A stretch of 64,000 nt of DNA from an uncultured Acidobacteriota bacterium (GCA_963702545.1 CAVPDB010000013.1:90118-154117), one strand, 5' to 3'. Numbered from the stretch's first letter, positions 9,762-23,304 are shown. The notes: generated by a model not told the origin, from the letters alone. Numbers and translations: made by a program.

Positions 9762-9898
9762 GCGGCGGGGCGGCGCGCCCCGCCCTGCTGCCGCGCGGCC
9801 GGCGCGGCGTGTTTCCGGCGGCGCTGCGGGTCGGTTAGACTCCATCCCCCGTCCGCTCCGGACGACGCGCCGACCCGGCGCAGGATCGGCCCGACCCG

Positions 9899-11245
9899 AT
9901 GCGTGGACCCGAGATCGACGCGAACGCCTCCGCGGCCCCGACCCCGGCCCGGCGCCCGTCCGGCTTCTCGAGCCTGGTGCTCCACCTCCACCCGCGCGCC
10001 GTCCCCGCCGCCGCGCTGCGCTTTTCGCTGACTTTCGGCCTCGGCGGGGCGGCGCTGGTGCTCTTCCTGCTGCTGGCGGCCAGCGGGGCGCTGCTGCTCG
10101 TGGCCTACGAGCCGTCGCCCGAGCGGGCCTACGGCACGGTGGCCGCGCTGGTCGACGAGGTCCGCTTCGGGGCCTTCATCCGCAACATGCACTACTGGTC
10201 CGCCAACGGGCTGGTTCTCGTGACGGTCCTGCACCTGCTCCGCGTCTTCTATCGCGGCGGCCACCTGCCACCGCGCCGCGGCAACTGGATCGTCGGCGTG
10301 CTGCTGCTGCTGCTGGTCGTCGCCAGCGCCTTCACCGGCTACCTTCTGCCGTGGGATCAGCTGGCCTTCTGGGCGGTGACGATCAGCACGGGGATGCTGG
10401 AGTACGTCCCGCTGGCCGGCAGTGTGCTGATGCGCGCCGCGCGCGGCGGCGCCGAGATCGGCCCGACGACGCTGGCGCGCTTCTTCGTGCTGCACGTCGC
10501 GATCCTGCCGATCGCGCTGCTGATGCTGCTGGCCTTCCATTTCTGGCTCGTGCGCAAGGTCGGCGGCGTGATCCTGCCGCGGGGCGTCGGGACCGACGCC
10601 GCGCCGCGCGGCCCGCTGGTCCCGACCTCGCCCGGCCTGACGCAGCGCGAGGGGGTCGTCGCGCTGGTGGTCGTGGCCGCCGTGCTGCTGCTCGCCGCGG
10701 TCGCCAACGCGCCGCTGCTGGCCGAGGCCAACCCGGGGATGAGCCCCAACCCGGCCAAGGCGCCGTGGTACTTCATGGGGGTGCAGGAGCTGCTGGTCCA
10801 CCTCCACCCGCTGTTCGCGGCCTTCGTGATCCCGCTGGCGGCGCTGGTCCTGCTCTTCGCCCTGCCCTCGCTGGCGGGCGGGGCGAGCCCGTCGGGGCTC
10901 TGGTTCGAGTCGCCGCTCGGCGCGCGGCTCGCCGGCTGGTCGGCCCTCGCGGGTGCGCTGCTCTGCGGCGCGGCGATCGTGCTCAACGAGCCGCTCCGCC
11001 GCGCGCCGCCGTGGATCCCGGCGCTGCCGCCGGAGTTGCGCGGCGGCCTGCTGCCGGCGCTCGCGCTGGCGGGCGCCGTCGCGGCCGTCGGCTTCGTGGC
11101 GAAGCGGCGGGGCGCGAACCGGATCGAGTCGATCCAGGCGATGTTCAGCTTCGTGCTGGCCGCGTTCGTGGTGCTCACCGCGACCGGCGTCCTGTTCCGC
11201 GGCCAGGGGATGGCGTTGAGCTGGCCGTGGACGCCGCCGGCGTAG
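9899..11245 (+). CDS. cytochrome b (fused b6-like N-terminal domain plus subunit-IV-like C-terminal domain)
   Basis: 448 aa. Two His pairs on transmembrane helices (RNMHYWSANGLVLVTVLHLL and FFVLHVAILPIALLMLLAFHFW) and the PWDQLAFWAV motif of bc/b6f-type cytochrome b. Confidence 0.9.
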   Translation: MRGPEIDANASAAPTPARRPSGFSSLVLHLHPRAVPAAALRFSLTFGLGGAALVLFLLLAASGALLLVAYEPSPERAYGTVAALVDEVRFGAFIRNMHYWSANGLVLVTVLHLLRVFYRGGHLPPRRGNWIVGVLLLLLVVASAFTGYLLPWDQLAFWAVTISTGMLEYVPLAGSVLMRAARGGAEIGPTTLARFFVLHVAILPIALLMLLAFHFWLVRKVGGVILPRGVGTDAAPRGPLVPTSPGLTQREGVVALVVVAAVLLLAAVANAPLLAEANPGMSPNPAKAPWYFMGVQELLVHLHPLFAAFVIPLAALVLLFALPSLAGGASPSGLWFESPLGARLAGWSALAGALLCGAAIVLNEPLRRAPPWIPALPPELRGGLLPALALAGAVAAVGFVAKRRGANRIESIQAMFSFVLAAFVVLTATGVLFRGQGMALSWPWTPPA

Positions 11246-11278
11246 GAGGGCGCGTGACCGCACGCGGCGTGCACCCGG

Positions 11279-11773
11279 ATGGCCCCCTCCCGGCTCCTGC
11301 CGACGCCGGGGCGCCGGCGCTTTCTCGGGCGGCTGTGGCAGGCGCTCGGTTTGCTGGCCCTGGTCGAGTTCGCGGCCGTCGTCGCGAGCTTCCTCGCCCC
11401 GCGCAAGGAGGGCGGCGCGCGCGGGACCGGCGTGATCGAGGCCGGCCCGGTCGGCGAGTTCACGCCGGCCACGGTGCGCGCCTTCCCGGCCGGACGCTTC
11501 TACCTGGCCCGCCTCGCCGACGGCGGCTTCCTCGCGCTCTCCTCGCGCTGCACGCACCTCGGCTGCACCGTCCCCTGGGACGAGAAGACGAAGACCTTCC
11601 CCTGCCCCTGCCACGCCTCCTCGTTCGACCTCCAGGGGAACGTCCTGTCGCCGCCCGCGCCGCGCGCGCTCGACCTGTTCCCGGTCGCGATCGAGAACGG
11701 GATCGTCAAGGTCGACACGTCCCGCCGGATCGAGCGCCAGCGCTTCGAGCCGGGCCAGGTCACCTACCTCTAG
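11279..11773 (+). CDS. Rieske [2Fe-2S] protein
   Basis: Twin-arginine-like N-terminus (GRRRFLG) and Rieske boxes CTHLGC ... CPCHAS. Confidence 0.9.
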   Translation: MAPSRLLPTPGRRRFLGRLWQALGLLALVEFAAVVASFLAPRKEGGARGTGVIEAGPVGEFTPATVRAFPAGRFYLARLADGGFLALSSRCTHLGCTVPWDEKTKTFPCPCHASSFDLQGNVLSPPAPRALDLFPVAIENGIVKVDTSRRIERQRFEPGQVTYL

Positions 11774-11781
11774 GCGCCGCG

Positions 11782-14145
11782 ATGACCGACCCCGAGACCA
11801 TGCGCGACCCCGAACGGCCCGAGGCGGCCGACCCGCTGCGCCGCTGGCGCGCCGCCGGCGTCGCCGCGACCGCGCTGATCGCGCTGTCGGTCCCGCTGCA
11901 CCTCGCGATGCGCGCGCTGGGCTCGCCGCGCACCGTGCCGGCGCCGTCCGCGCAGTACGTCGGCAGCGAGCGCTGCCGGAGCTGCCACCAGCAGGAGTAC
12001 GACCGCTGGAAGGGCTCGAACCACGCGCTCGCGATGCAGGCGGCGAAGGACGGGACGGTGCTGGGCGACTTCCGCGACGCCACGTTCGAGCACCGCGGCA
12101 AGACCTGGCGTTTCTTCCGGAAGGACGGCCTGTTCATGGTCCACGCCGAGGGCCCGGACGGGGCGATGCGCGACTTCGAGATCGCCTACACCTTCGGCGT
12201 CCGGCCGCTGCAGCAGTACCTGGTCGTCTTCCCGGGCGGCCGGCTGCAGACGCTCTCCGCGGCCTGGGACACGGAGCGGCGGCGCTGGTTCTACGCCAAC
12301 CCCGGGCCCGACGCGCCGCCCGGCGACTGGCTGCACTGGACCCGGCCGGGCCAGAACTGGAACGCGATGTGCTCGGACTGCCACTCGACCGCGGTCCGCA
12401 AGCGCTACGACCCGGAAACCGACGCCTACCAGACGACCTGGTCCGAGATCATGGTCGGCTGCGAGGCCTGCCACGGGGCCGGCTCGCTGCACGCGGCCTG
12501 GGCCGAGCAGCCGGCGATGGGACGCCCGGCGGTGGAAAACGCGGCCCTCCCCGCCCGCACCGCGAAGCTGAGCGGGCCGGAGCTGGTCGGGCTCTGCGCG
12601 CCGTGCCACGCGCGGCGCGCGCAGTTCGAGGACCAGGGGACGCCCGGCGGCGAGTTCCTCGATCGCTACCTGCCGGTCCTGCTGGCGCCCGGGGTCTTTC
12701 ACGCCGACGGCCAGATCCTGGACGAGGATTTCGAGTGGCACGCCTTCACGCAGAGCAAGATGTACGCCAACGGCGTGCGCTGCAGCGACTGCCACGACGT
12801 CCACTCGGTGCGGCGGCACAAGGAGGGGAACGAGCTGTGCACCCGCTGCCACCGCGCCGACACCTACGACACGCCGACCACCACTTCCATCAGAAGGAGT
12901 GGAAGGGGCGGCCCAGCGCGGGCGTGCTGTGCGTCTCGTGCCACATGCCGGGGCAGAACTTCATGGTCGTCCACTTCCGCCGCGACCACTCGATGCGCGT
13001 GCCGCGCCCCGACCTGACCGCGGAGCTGGGGGTTCCCAACGCCTGCAGCGCGTCGGGCTGCCACGACGACAAGCCGATCGGCTGGGTCCAGGCGAAGTAC
13101 GACGGGTGGTACGGGAAGAAGCGCAAACCGCACTACGGCACCGTCCTCGAGGGGGGCCGGAGGCAGGCGCCCGAGGCCGAGGCGGAACTGGTCGCGCTGG
13201 CGCAGGACCAGTTGCGCCCGATGGTGGCGCGGGCCACGGCGATCAGCCTGCTGGCCGGCTACCCCGGCGCGCCCGCGCGGGCCGCGGTGGAGAAGGCGCT
13301 GGCCGATCCCGAGCCGCTGCTGCGCGCGACCGCGGTGCAGGCGCTCCCCGAGGGCGACGCGGCGCGGCTGGCGCGCCTGCTGGGGCCGCTGCTGCAGGAC
13401 CCGGTCCGCGCGGTCCGCGCCGAGGCGGCGGCGCGGTTGGCCGGGTCGCCCCCGGAATCCCTGCCTGAATCGCAGCGCAAGGCCCACGCGGCGGCGCTCG
13501 ACGAGTACGTCGCCGGGCAGCGCTACATGTCCGACCTGCCGTCGGGGCCCTACAACCTCGGGAACCTCTACGCCGCGCAGGGGCAAGCCGGCCGAGGCCG
13601 AGCGGCAGTACCGTCGCGCGCTGGAGATCGACGATCAGCTCTTCCTGGCGAAGGCCAACCTGGCGATGCTGCTGGCCACGACCGGACGCCTCGACGAGGC
13701 CGAGACGCTGCTGCGCGAGGCCCACGCCGAGCAGCCGGCCAACGCCGCGCTGGCCTTCAACTTCGGGCTCCTGCTGGCCGAGCGGAACAAGCCGGCCGAG
13801 GCCGAGGCCGCGCTGCGGGCCGCGCTGGCCGCCGACCCGCGGATGGCCCCGGCGGCCCTCAACCTGGCCGTGCTGATCGGCGAGACGCGCCCCGCGGAGG
13901 CGGTTCCCCTGGCGCGCCGGGCCGCCGCGCTGCGGCCGGACGACCCGCGCAGCGCCTGGACGCTGGCCTACTACCAGCAGCGCGCAGGCGACCTGCGCGG
14001 CGCCGAGAGCACGCTCGACGCACTGCTGCGGGCCCACCCCGACTACGCCGACGCCCACGGCCTGCTGGCCGAGATCTACGCCCGGCAGGGCCGGGCCGCG
14101 GAGGCGCAGGAACTGCTCCGGCGGCGGCCCGCGGCGCCGAGATAG
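11782..14145 (+). CDS. membrane-anchored octahaem c-type cytochrome fused to HEAT/TPR repeats (reading frame broken twice)
   Basis: Three consecutive frames join into one protein.
- 11782 to ~12874 carries an N-terminal TM helix and CRSCH, CSDCH, CEACH, CAPCH, CSDCH, CTRCH.
- ~12876 to ~13580 carries DHHFHQKEW, CVSCH and CSASGCH (a CX4CH site), then HEAT-like repeats.
- ~13582 to 14145 carries TPR repeats.
- Junction 1: ACG CC|GAC CAC CAC (one base missing near 12874-12875).
- Junction 2: one extra G in the G run at 13580-13583. Confidence 0.8.
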
Positions 14146-14196
14146 CGGGACGGGAGCGCCGGGCGCCGGCGGGATCCTGGGCCGGGGGAGCGCCGG

Positions 14197-14228
14197 CCGG
14201 GGGACCGGCCCGGCCGCCGGTCCCCCGG
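14197..14228. terminator. 13-bp-stem hairpin between convergent genes
   Basis: CCGGGGGACCGGC (14197-14209), loop CCGGCC, GCCGGTCCCCCGG (14216-14228): a perfect stem. It lies in the 103-bp gap between the cytochrome-TPR gene and the M16 gene. No U-tract. Confidence 0.45.
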
Positions 14229-14248
14229 CCCGTCGAGGAACTCCCGCC

Positions 14249-15766
14249 CTACGGCAGCGGCTTCAGCGTCAGCGGGTCGCGCAGCGGCAGACGGGTGACC
14301 TTGCCGTCGAAGAACTGCTTCATCGAAGCCTTGCCGTCGGCGTCGCCCTTCTCGATTTCGGCCCACTTGCCGACCACGAGGAACGCCATCTCCGGCTGCT
14401 TCAGGTACTGCTTGGCAACGCGCTGCACGTCGGCCGAGGTGACCTTGCCGATCGCCGCGCGGTAGTTCTGCCAGTAGGCGTGCGGCCGGCCGATGTACTC
14501 GTCGGCGGCGAAGATCCCGGCGATGTCCGCCGGCGACTCGAAGTTCTGCGGGAAGGTCTCGACGAACTGGTTCCGGCTGGTCGCCAGCTCCTCGGCCGTC
14601 ACGCCCTTCTCCTGTACCGACGCGATCTCCTCCAGCGCGATCTCGGAGGCGAAGGCGACGGTCGGGTTCTTGGTCTGGAAGAAGACCGAGAAGGCGCCCG
14701 GCCAGTAGTTGCCGATCCCCAGCGAAGAGCCGGCGCTGTAGGCCAGCCCCTCGTCGGAGCGTACGCGCTTGGTGATGCGGGAGGTGAAGCCGCCGCCGCC
14801 CAGCACGTCGTTCATGACCTGCAGCGCGTAGGCGTCGGGGATCTCCCACTTCGCGTCCCACTGGATCGTGCGGTGTCCGATCAGGACCTTGGCCTGCGGG
14901 ATGTCCTTCTCGACGTGGTAGAGCCCCGGCTTGACGGCGTGGGCCGGCAGCGCGGGCGGCCAGGGGACCTTCGGCCCCGCCGGCTTCCAGCCGGCGAAGC
15001 GCTGGTCGAGCTTCGCGATCAGCTCCTGCGCCTTCACCGCCCCGGACGCGGCCACGATCATGTTGCCCGGCTCGGGGCGCCACCACTGGCGGTGGAAGGC
15101 GACCAGGTCGTCGCGGGTGATCGCGTCGAGTTCCGCCTTCGTCGCCTTGCGACTGGAGAAGGCCGACTCGCCGTACAGCAGCCAGCCCCACTCGCGCGAG
15201 AGGATCGTCTGGGCGTCGTCGTTGCGCTGCTTCATCGCCTCCAGGTTCTGGTCCTTCTCGACCCGGATCCGGTCCTCCTGGAAGCGCGGGGTCTTCAGCA
15301 TCGCGAACATCAGGTCCAGGCAGGCGTCGAGCTGCGTCACGATGCAGTTCATGCTGACGCCGGCCTCGGTGTCACCGGCCGAGCTGCCGATCTCGGCGGC
15401 GAGGAAGTCGGCCCGCTCGTCGAACTGCTCGGCCGTCAGGTCGCCGGCGCCCCCCTGGCGCATCAGGGTGCCGGTCAGCCCGGCCAGGCCCGGCCGGTCG
15501 GGCGCCAGGAACTGCCCGGCGCGGATCTTGATCGAGACGCTGACCAGCGGGAGCGAGAAGTCCTCGGCGATCCAGGCCGAGAGCCCGTTCTTCAGCTTGA
15601 ACTGGTATTTCTCGGCCTTCGGGACCTCGAACTTCAGCGGCGCGTACTGGAGATCGCGCGGGTGGCGCGGAAGCTCGGCGGTGGCGGCCGCCGGGGCGGC
15701 GAGCGCGAGGCTCGCGGCGCCGCACAGGGCGGCGCTAGCGATGAGGATGTGGGTGACGGTCTTCAC
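14249..15766 (-). CDS. M16-family peptidase, non-catalytic (no HxxEH) subunit
   Basis: 505 aa from the GTG at 15766, preceded by GGGAGGTG. Signal peptide present. Shows the M16 fold pattern but no HxxEH zinc motif. The start overlaps the stop of the upstream M16 gene (GTGA). Confidence 0.8.
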   Translation of the reverse strand: MKTVTHILIASAALCGAASLALAAPAAATAELPRHPRDLQYAPLKFEVPKAEKYQFKLKNGLSAWIAEDFSLPLVSVSIKIRAGQFLAPDRPGLAGLTGTLMRQGGAGDLTAEQFDERADFLAAEIGSSAGDTEAGVSMNCIVTQLDACLDLMFAMLKTPRFQEDRIRVEKDQNLEAMKQRNDDAQTILSREWGWLLYGESAFSSRKATKAELDAITRDDLVAFHRQWWRPEPGNMIVAASGAVKAQELIAKLDQRFAGWKPAGPKVPWPPALPAHAVKPGLYHVEKDIPQAKVLIGHRTIQWDAKWEIPDAYALQVMNDVLGGGGFTSRITKRVRSDEGLAYSAGSSLGIGNYWPGAFSVFFQTKNPTVAFASEIALEEIASVQEKGVTAEELATSRNQFVETFPQNFESPADIAGIFAADEYIGRPHAYWQNYRAAIGKVTSADVQRVAKQYLKQPEMAFLVVGKWAEIEKGDADGKASMKQFFDGKVTRLPLRDPLTLKPLP

Positions 15767-17604
15767 TTCGCACCTCCCGCTGCCTTCAGCTCGGCCAGTC
15801 GGCCTTCCACGGTCTTCTGCAGGTACTCGAGAGCCGGCTTGAACTCCGGAGGCACCGCGCCGGCCTGCTGCTGGATCTGGGCCAGCGCCTGCTCGAGCCG
15901 CGCGGCGTCGGTCTCGGCCTGGATCTTCTTCGCCTGGCCCACGATCCCAGCCCGCACCTCCGGCGGCAGCGCCGCCAGCTCGGGCGGCACGACCTCCGCC
16001 GTCGACCCGGCCTTGCGGGTGTAGACGCCGACCGTGCGGTTCTCCTTCGTCAGGTAGGCCTTGGCGACGCGCTGCACGTCGTCCGCCGTCACCGCCAGCG
16101 TGCGGTCGGCCCAGCCGTTCAGGTAGCGCCAGTCGCCCAGCCCCTCGTAGTAGAGCAGCTGGACCATCAGGAAGAACGGGTTCTCCAGCCGCCGGAAGGC
16201 GTCGGCCGCGATCTGGTTCTTGACCTTCTGCAACTCCTCGGCCGGGACCGTCTCGTTCTGGATCCTCGCGGCCTCGGCGTACCAGGCCTGCTCGAGCTGC
16301 TCGGGGGTCGCGTCCCCCCTGGTCTCGGCGTAGAAGGTGAAGACGCCGGCCCACTTGCGAGAGTCCTGGCTGGCCGTCGCCGAGGTCGCCAGCTGGTCCT
16401 TCAGGACCAGCTGCTTCTCCAGCCGCCCGGTGGGGCCGTTCATCAGCCCGGCCAGCACGTCGAGCGGGTACGAGTCCTTGTGCATGAAGGGGACCGTCTG
16501 GTAGGCGATCTGGACCTGCGGCTGGCAGTCGCACTCGGCCACCATCCGCTGCTCGGCGAGCTGAGGCATTTCCTCGGTCACGACCGGCGGCGGGGCCGGG
16601 GCGCGCTCGGTCGTGCGGCCGAAGTAGCGCTGCGCCAACGCCCGCACCTGGGCCGGGTCGAAGTTCCCGACCATCGCGACCGTGATGTTCGAGGGCGAGT
16701 AGTAGGTCCGATAGTAGTCCTCAGCCTGCTTCTTCGAGATCACCTTGAGATCGGACGGCCAGCCGATCACCGGCCAGCCGTAAGGGTGCGACTGCCAGAC
16801 CAGCGACTCGAACTGCTCGTCGAACTTCCCGGTCGGCGTCGAGTCGGTCCGCAGCCGGCGCTCTTCCATCACGACGTCGCGCTCGGAGTAGAACTCGCGC
16901 GGGACCAGGTTGAAGAGCCGGTCCGACTCCATCCAGAACCAGAGCTCGAGCTTGTTGGCCGGGACGGTGATGAAGTAGACCGTCATGTCGCTGTTGGTGA
17001 AGGCGTTCATCCCCGAGCCGCCGGCCTCGGTGTAGATCTTGTCGAACTCGTCCTTGACCATCAGCGCGCGCTGCTCGTCGACCAGCGCCTGGAACCTCTT
17101 CTCAAGCTCGATCTGCTCCGGCGTGCGGGCCCCCGGGTCCCAGGGGTCGGCGATCTCGCCGCGGCGCCAGCGCTCCTGCTGGCGGGCGTAGATCGCGCGG
17201 ATCTGCTCCTGCAGCTGCTCCTGCTCGGCCAGGATCTGCAGGTCGCGCTCGATGTTGGTGGTGCCGATCGCGCGCGAGCCCTTGAACATCATGTGCTCGA
17301 ACAGGTGGGTCAGCCCGGTGATCCCGGGCCGCTCGTTGGAGGAGCCGACGTGCGCCACCCAGCCGGCGGTGACGGTGGTCAGCTCCGGCTTGCGGACCAG
17401 GAGGAAGGTCAGTCCGTTGTCGAGCGTGAAGCTGTCGACCTGGACCTGGGCCGACGCGGCCGGCGCGGCGGCCGCAGCTCCGGCGGCAAGGGCCGGCGGC
17501 GCGGTGAGCGCCGCGAGTGCGAGCGCGAGCGCGGCGAAGGCCGCGAACGCCGCACGGCGGGCGGGGAGGCCGCGTGGGATGGAACGCGAGACCAGCGGGA
17601 TCAT
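15763..17604 (-). CDS. M16-family zinc peptidase, catalytic subunit
   Basis: 613 aa from the ATG at 17604, preceded by AAGGAGAG. Signal peptide present. Inverted zinc motif HLFEHMMFKG. The rest of the 1619-aa ORF upstream is out-of-frame overlap with the SNF2 gene. Confidence 0.9.
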   Translation of the reverse strand: MIPLVSRSIPRGLPARRAAFAAFAALALALAALTAPPALAAGAAAAAPAASAQVQVDSFTLDNGLTFLLVRKPELTTVTAGWVAHVGSSNERPGITGLTHLFEHMMFKGSRAIGTTNIERDLQILAEQEQLQEQIRAIYARQQERWRRGEIADPWDPGARTPEQIELEKRFQALVDEQRALMVKDEFDKIYTEAGGSGMNAFTNSDMTVYFITVPANKLELWFWMESDRLFNLVPREFYSERDVVMEERRLRTDSTPTGKFDEQFESLVWQSHPYGWPVIGWPSDLKVISKKQAEDYYRTYYSPSNITVAMVGNFDPAQVRALAQRYFGRTTERAPAPPPVVTEEMPQLAEQRMVAECDCQPQVQIAYQTVPFMHKDSYPLDVLAGLMNGPTGRLEKQLVLKDQLATSATASQDSRKWAGVFTFYAETRGDATPEQLEQAWYAEAARIQNETVPAEELQKVKNQIAADAFRRLENPFFLMVQLLYYEGLGDWRYLNGWADRTLAVTADDVQRVAKAYLTKENRTVGVYTRKAGSTAEVVPPELAALPPEVRAGIVGQAKKIQAETDAARLEQALAQIQQQAGAVPPEFKPALEYLQKTVEGRLAELKAAGGAK

Positions 17605-17621
17605 GAGGCTCTCCTTCGGAG

Positions 17622-17647
17622 GGAAAAGGGCGGCCAGGCGGGCCGCC
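17622..17647 (-). terminator. possible intrinsic terminator after SNF2 helicase 1
   Basis: On the minus strand: GGCGGCC, loop CGCCU, GGCCGCC, followed by CUUUUCCC. It sits 65 nt after the helicase stop and about 20 nt before the M16 RBS. Confidence 0.4.
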
Positions 17648-17711
17648 GGCCGGAAGGATAGCCCGGCGCCGGGGCGGGCGCCGACCGCGCCGGCCCGCGG
17701 CCGGACCGGCG

Positions 17712-20693
<2,982 letters not shown>

Positions 20694-20699
20694 AAGCGC

Positions 20700-21845
20700 A
20701 TGTTCTCCCGCCGGTTGCCCCCCGATCTCGCGCCGAACCGGCTCGCGCTCCGCCGCGCCGCGCTCCCCCCGCGCTACGACCTCACCGGCTCCGATCCCAC
20801 CCGCGCCGGGATCGCCTACCCGGCGGCACTGCTGCGTCCGCTCGGCGAGCCCCGCGGCCTCGTCCACGAGCCCGACCCGCGCGGCCATCCCGCGGCCCGC
20901 GCCGCGGTCGCCGCCGAGGCCCGGCGGCGGGGCCAGCCCGCCGACCCGGACGCGGTCCTGCTGACCGCTTCGACCAGCGAGGCCTACGCGCTGCTGTTCA
21001 AGCTGCTCTGCGACCCGGGGGAGGCGGTGCTGGTCCCGGTCCCGTCCTACCCGCTGTTCGAGCACCTCGCGGCGCTCGAAGGGGTGCGGGCCGAGCCCTA
21101 CCGCCTGGACCCGGACCAGCGCTTCCAGCCCGTACTGCCCGACGAGCCGCCGCCCGGCGCGCGGGCGCTCGTCGCGGTCCACCCGAACAACCCGACCGGC
21201 ACGCTGCTCGACGCGGCCTCCGGCGCGGCGCTGGCCGGATGGTGCGCGCGGCACGGGCTGGCGCTGATCGTCGACGAGGTCTTCCTCGACTACCCGCTCG
21301 ACCCGGCGCGCGCGCCGCGGAGCCTTGCCGGGGCCGGCGACGCGCTGACCTTCGTGCTCGGCGGGCTGTCCAAGTCGTGCGGCCTGCCGCAGCTCAAGCT
21401 GGCCTGGACGATCGTCTCGGGGCCGGAGCCGGAGCGGGCGCGCGCGCTCGAGGCCCTGGCCTTCGCAGCCGACAGCTACCTCTCGGTCGGGACGCCGGTC
21501 CAGCTTGCGCTGGGCGAGCTGCTGGTCGCCGCGCGGCCGGTGCGCGAGGCGATCCTCGCGCGCTGCCGCGCCCACCTCGCGCTCCTGCGCGCGGCGCTGG
21601 CGCCGCTGCCCGGCGCGTCGCTGGTCGAGCCGGACGGCGGCTGGTCGGCAGTGATCCGCTACCCGGCCGTCGCCGATGGCGAGGATCTCGCGCTCGCGCT
21701 GCTCGAGGAGGACCGCGTCGCAGTGCACCCGGGCTGGTTCTTCGACCTGCCGGCCGCGGGCTGGCTGGTCGTCAGCCTGCTGCCGGAGCCGGCGGAGTTC
21801 GCCGAAGGGGTCGCGCGCCTGGTCCGCCGGCTCGCGCGCGTGTGA
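20700..21845 (+). CDS. class I/II pyridoxal-phosphate aminotransferase
   Basis: 381 aa. N-terminus [27 protein letters not shown] and PLP-lysine context [17 protein letters not shown]. Confidence 0.8.
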   Translation: MFSRRLPPDLAPNRLALRRAALPPRYDLTGSDPTRAGIAYPAALLRPLGEPRGLVHEPDPRGHPAARAAVAAEARRRGQPADPDAVLLTASTSEAYALLFKLLCDPGEAVLVPVPSYPLFEHLAALEGVRAEPYRLDPDQRFQPVLPDEPPPGARALVAVHPNNPTGTLLDAASGAALAGWCARHGLALIVDEVFLDYPLDPARAPRSLAGAGDALTFVLGGLSKSCGLPQLKLAWTIVSGPEPERARALEALAFAADSYLSVGTPVQLALGELLVAARPVREAILARCRAHLALLRAALAPLPGASLVEPDGGWSAVIRYPAVADGEDLALALLEEDRVAVHPGWFFDLPAAGWLVVSLLPEPAEFAEGVARLVRRLARV

Positions 21846-21867
21846 CCACCGCCCGCGCGGGCGCATC

Positions 21868-23304
21868 CTACGCGGGCAGCAGCACCTCGAAGACCGCCCC
21901 CTCGCCGGGCGCCGAGCGGACGCGGATCGTGCCGCCGTGCAGTTCGACGAGCTGGCGGGCGATCGAGAGCCCGAGCCCGGTCCCCTCGTCGCGCGAGCGC
22001 TTGTCGTGGGCCAGCGGGGAGAAGCGCTCGAACAGCCGCTCGGCCTGCTCCGGGGCGATCCCCGGCCCGCGGTCGGCCACGGCCAGCGCAACCCGGTGCT
22101 CCTCGCGACGCGTCGCGAGCCTCACCGCGCTGCCGGCGGGCGCGTGCTTGATCGCGTTGGAGAGCAGGTTGTTGACGACGCGCAGCAGCATCAGCCGGTC
22201 GGCCTCGACGAGCGCCGGCCCGCCTTCGCCCCGCTCCAGCTCGATCGCCACCCCGCGCGTCGCGGCGTAGCGCCGCGCCCCGGCCGCGGCCTCCTCGGCC
22301 AGCGCCGCGAGGTCGAGCGGCGCCCGGTGCGGCGCGTCGACGCCGGCCTCGATCCGCGCCAGGTCGAGAAGGCTGTCGACGAGGTGGATCACCGTCTCGG
22401 CGCTGCGCAGGTTCTCGTGCAGGATCTCGGCCGCGGCCCCGGTCTCCGGAGCCCCGCGCAGCAGCAGCTTGCAGCCGGCGTGGACCGCCAGCAGCGGGCT
22501 GCGCAGGTCATGGCTGCAGACCGCCAGCACCTCGTCCTTCCGGAGGTGCAGCGCGACCAGCTCGGCGTTGCGCCGCAGGAGCTCGCGCTGCGCCTGCTCG
22601 ATCGTCTCGCCCTGGGCGCGGATCAGGCGCGCCGCGCGCCGGATCAGGAACCACAGCAGGCCGAAGATCGTCAGCGTGGCCAGCCCCGCCAGCGTCACCA
22701 GCCAGGGGACGACGCGCAGCTCGACGCCCAGCGCCGGCGCGACCGTGCGCCGGACGGTCGCGACCCCGACGATCCTCCCCCCCTCGCGGACGGGCGTCGC
22801 GACCTCGGCCTGGCCCAGCGAGCCGAGGCCGAGCATCGCCAGGGGCCAGGGCGCAGCCTCCAGCCGGCGCAGCGCGATCCGGCCCTGCGCCGCCTCGCGG
22901 AACCCCTCCTGCCAGAGCGGCTCGGGCGGCGCCGAGCCGTCGCCGAAGCGCTGCAGCTCGGTGCCGTCGAGCGCGAACAGCCGGAACTCGCTCAGCGTGA
23001 AGTTGGTCAGCTCGGCCGCGACTGCGTCACGCAGCGCTTCGGGCGGTGGCGTGCCCCAGCGGGTGCGGTCGTAGCCCCGCTCGCGGGCCAGCACGACCAG
23101 GTCCTCCACGATGCTGTCGGCCTGGTCCTTGGCGACGCTGACGAAGGCCTGGTGGACGAGCCACGAGCTGGCGGTCGAGAAGGCGAGGAAGACCGCGAGC
23201 AGCACGGCCAGGCTGCCGCCTGTGAAGTAGCGCAGCAGATCGAACGAGGGGCGCGGCGCGCCGGCGCCGCCCGCATCGGTCCCGGGGATCGTGGTTGGCC
23301 GCAT
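21868..23304 (-). CDS. sensor histidine kinase (no cognate regulator adjacent)
   Basis: 478 aa. Two TM helices, H-box CSHDLRSPL, and ATPase G-boxes DRGPGI and [18 protein letters not shown]. Confidence 0.9.
   Translation of the reverse strand: MRPTTIPGTDAGGAGAPRPSFDLLRYFTGGSLAVLLAVFLAFSTASSWLVHQAFVSVAKDQADSIVEDLVVLARERGYDRTRWGTPPPEALRDAVAAELTNFTLSEFRLFALDGTELQRFGDGSAPPEPLWQEGFREAAQGRIALRRLEAAPWPLAMLGLGSLGQAEVATPVREGGRIVGVATVRRTVAPALGVELRVVPWLVTLAGLATLTIFGLLWFLIRRAARLIRAQGETIEQAQRELLRRNAELVALHLRKDEVLAVCSHDLRSPLLAVHAGCKLLLRGAPETGAAAEILHENLRSAETVIHLVDSLLDLARIEAGVDAPHRAPLDLAALAEEAAAGARRYAATRGVAIELERGEGGPALVEADRLMLLRVVNNLLSNAIKHAPAGSAVRLATRREEHRVALAVADRGPGIAPEQAERLFERFSPLAHDKRSRDEGTGLGLSIARQLVELHGGTIRVRSAPGEGAVFEVLLPA

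Noticed and set aside
7828-9817. An identical 12-mer GGCGTGTTTCCG lies 80-100 nt upstream of both the Fur-family gene (7828-7839) and the cytochrome b gene (9806-9817). This looks like a tempting Fur-box candidate.
   Set aside because: It is not palindromic and not Fur-box-like. Exact 12-mers are expected to recur by chance in a sequence this long and this compositionally biased. It is worth a motif search but is not evidence on its own.
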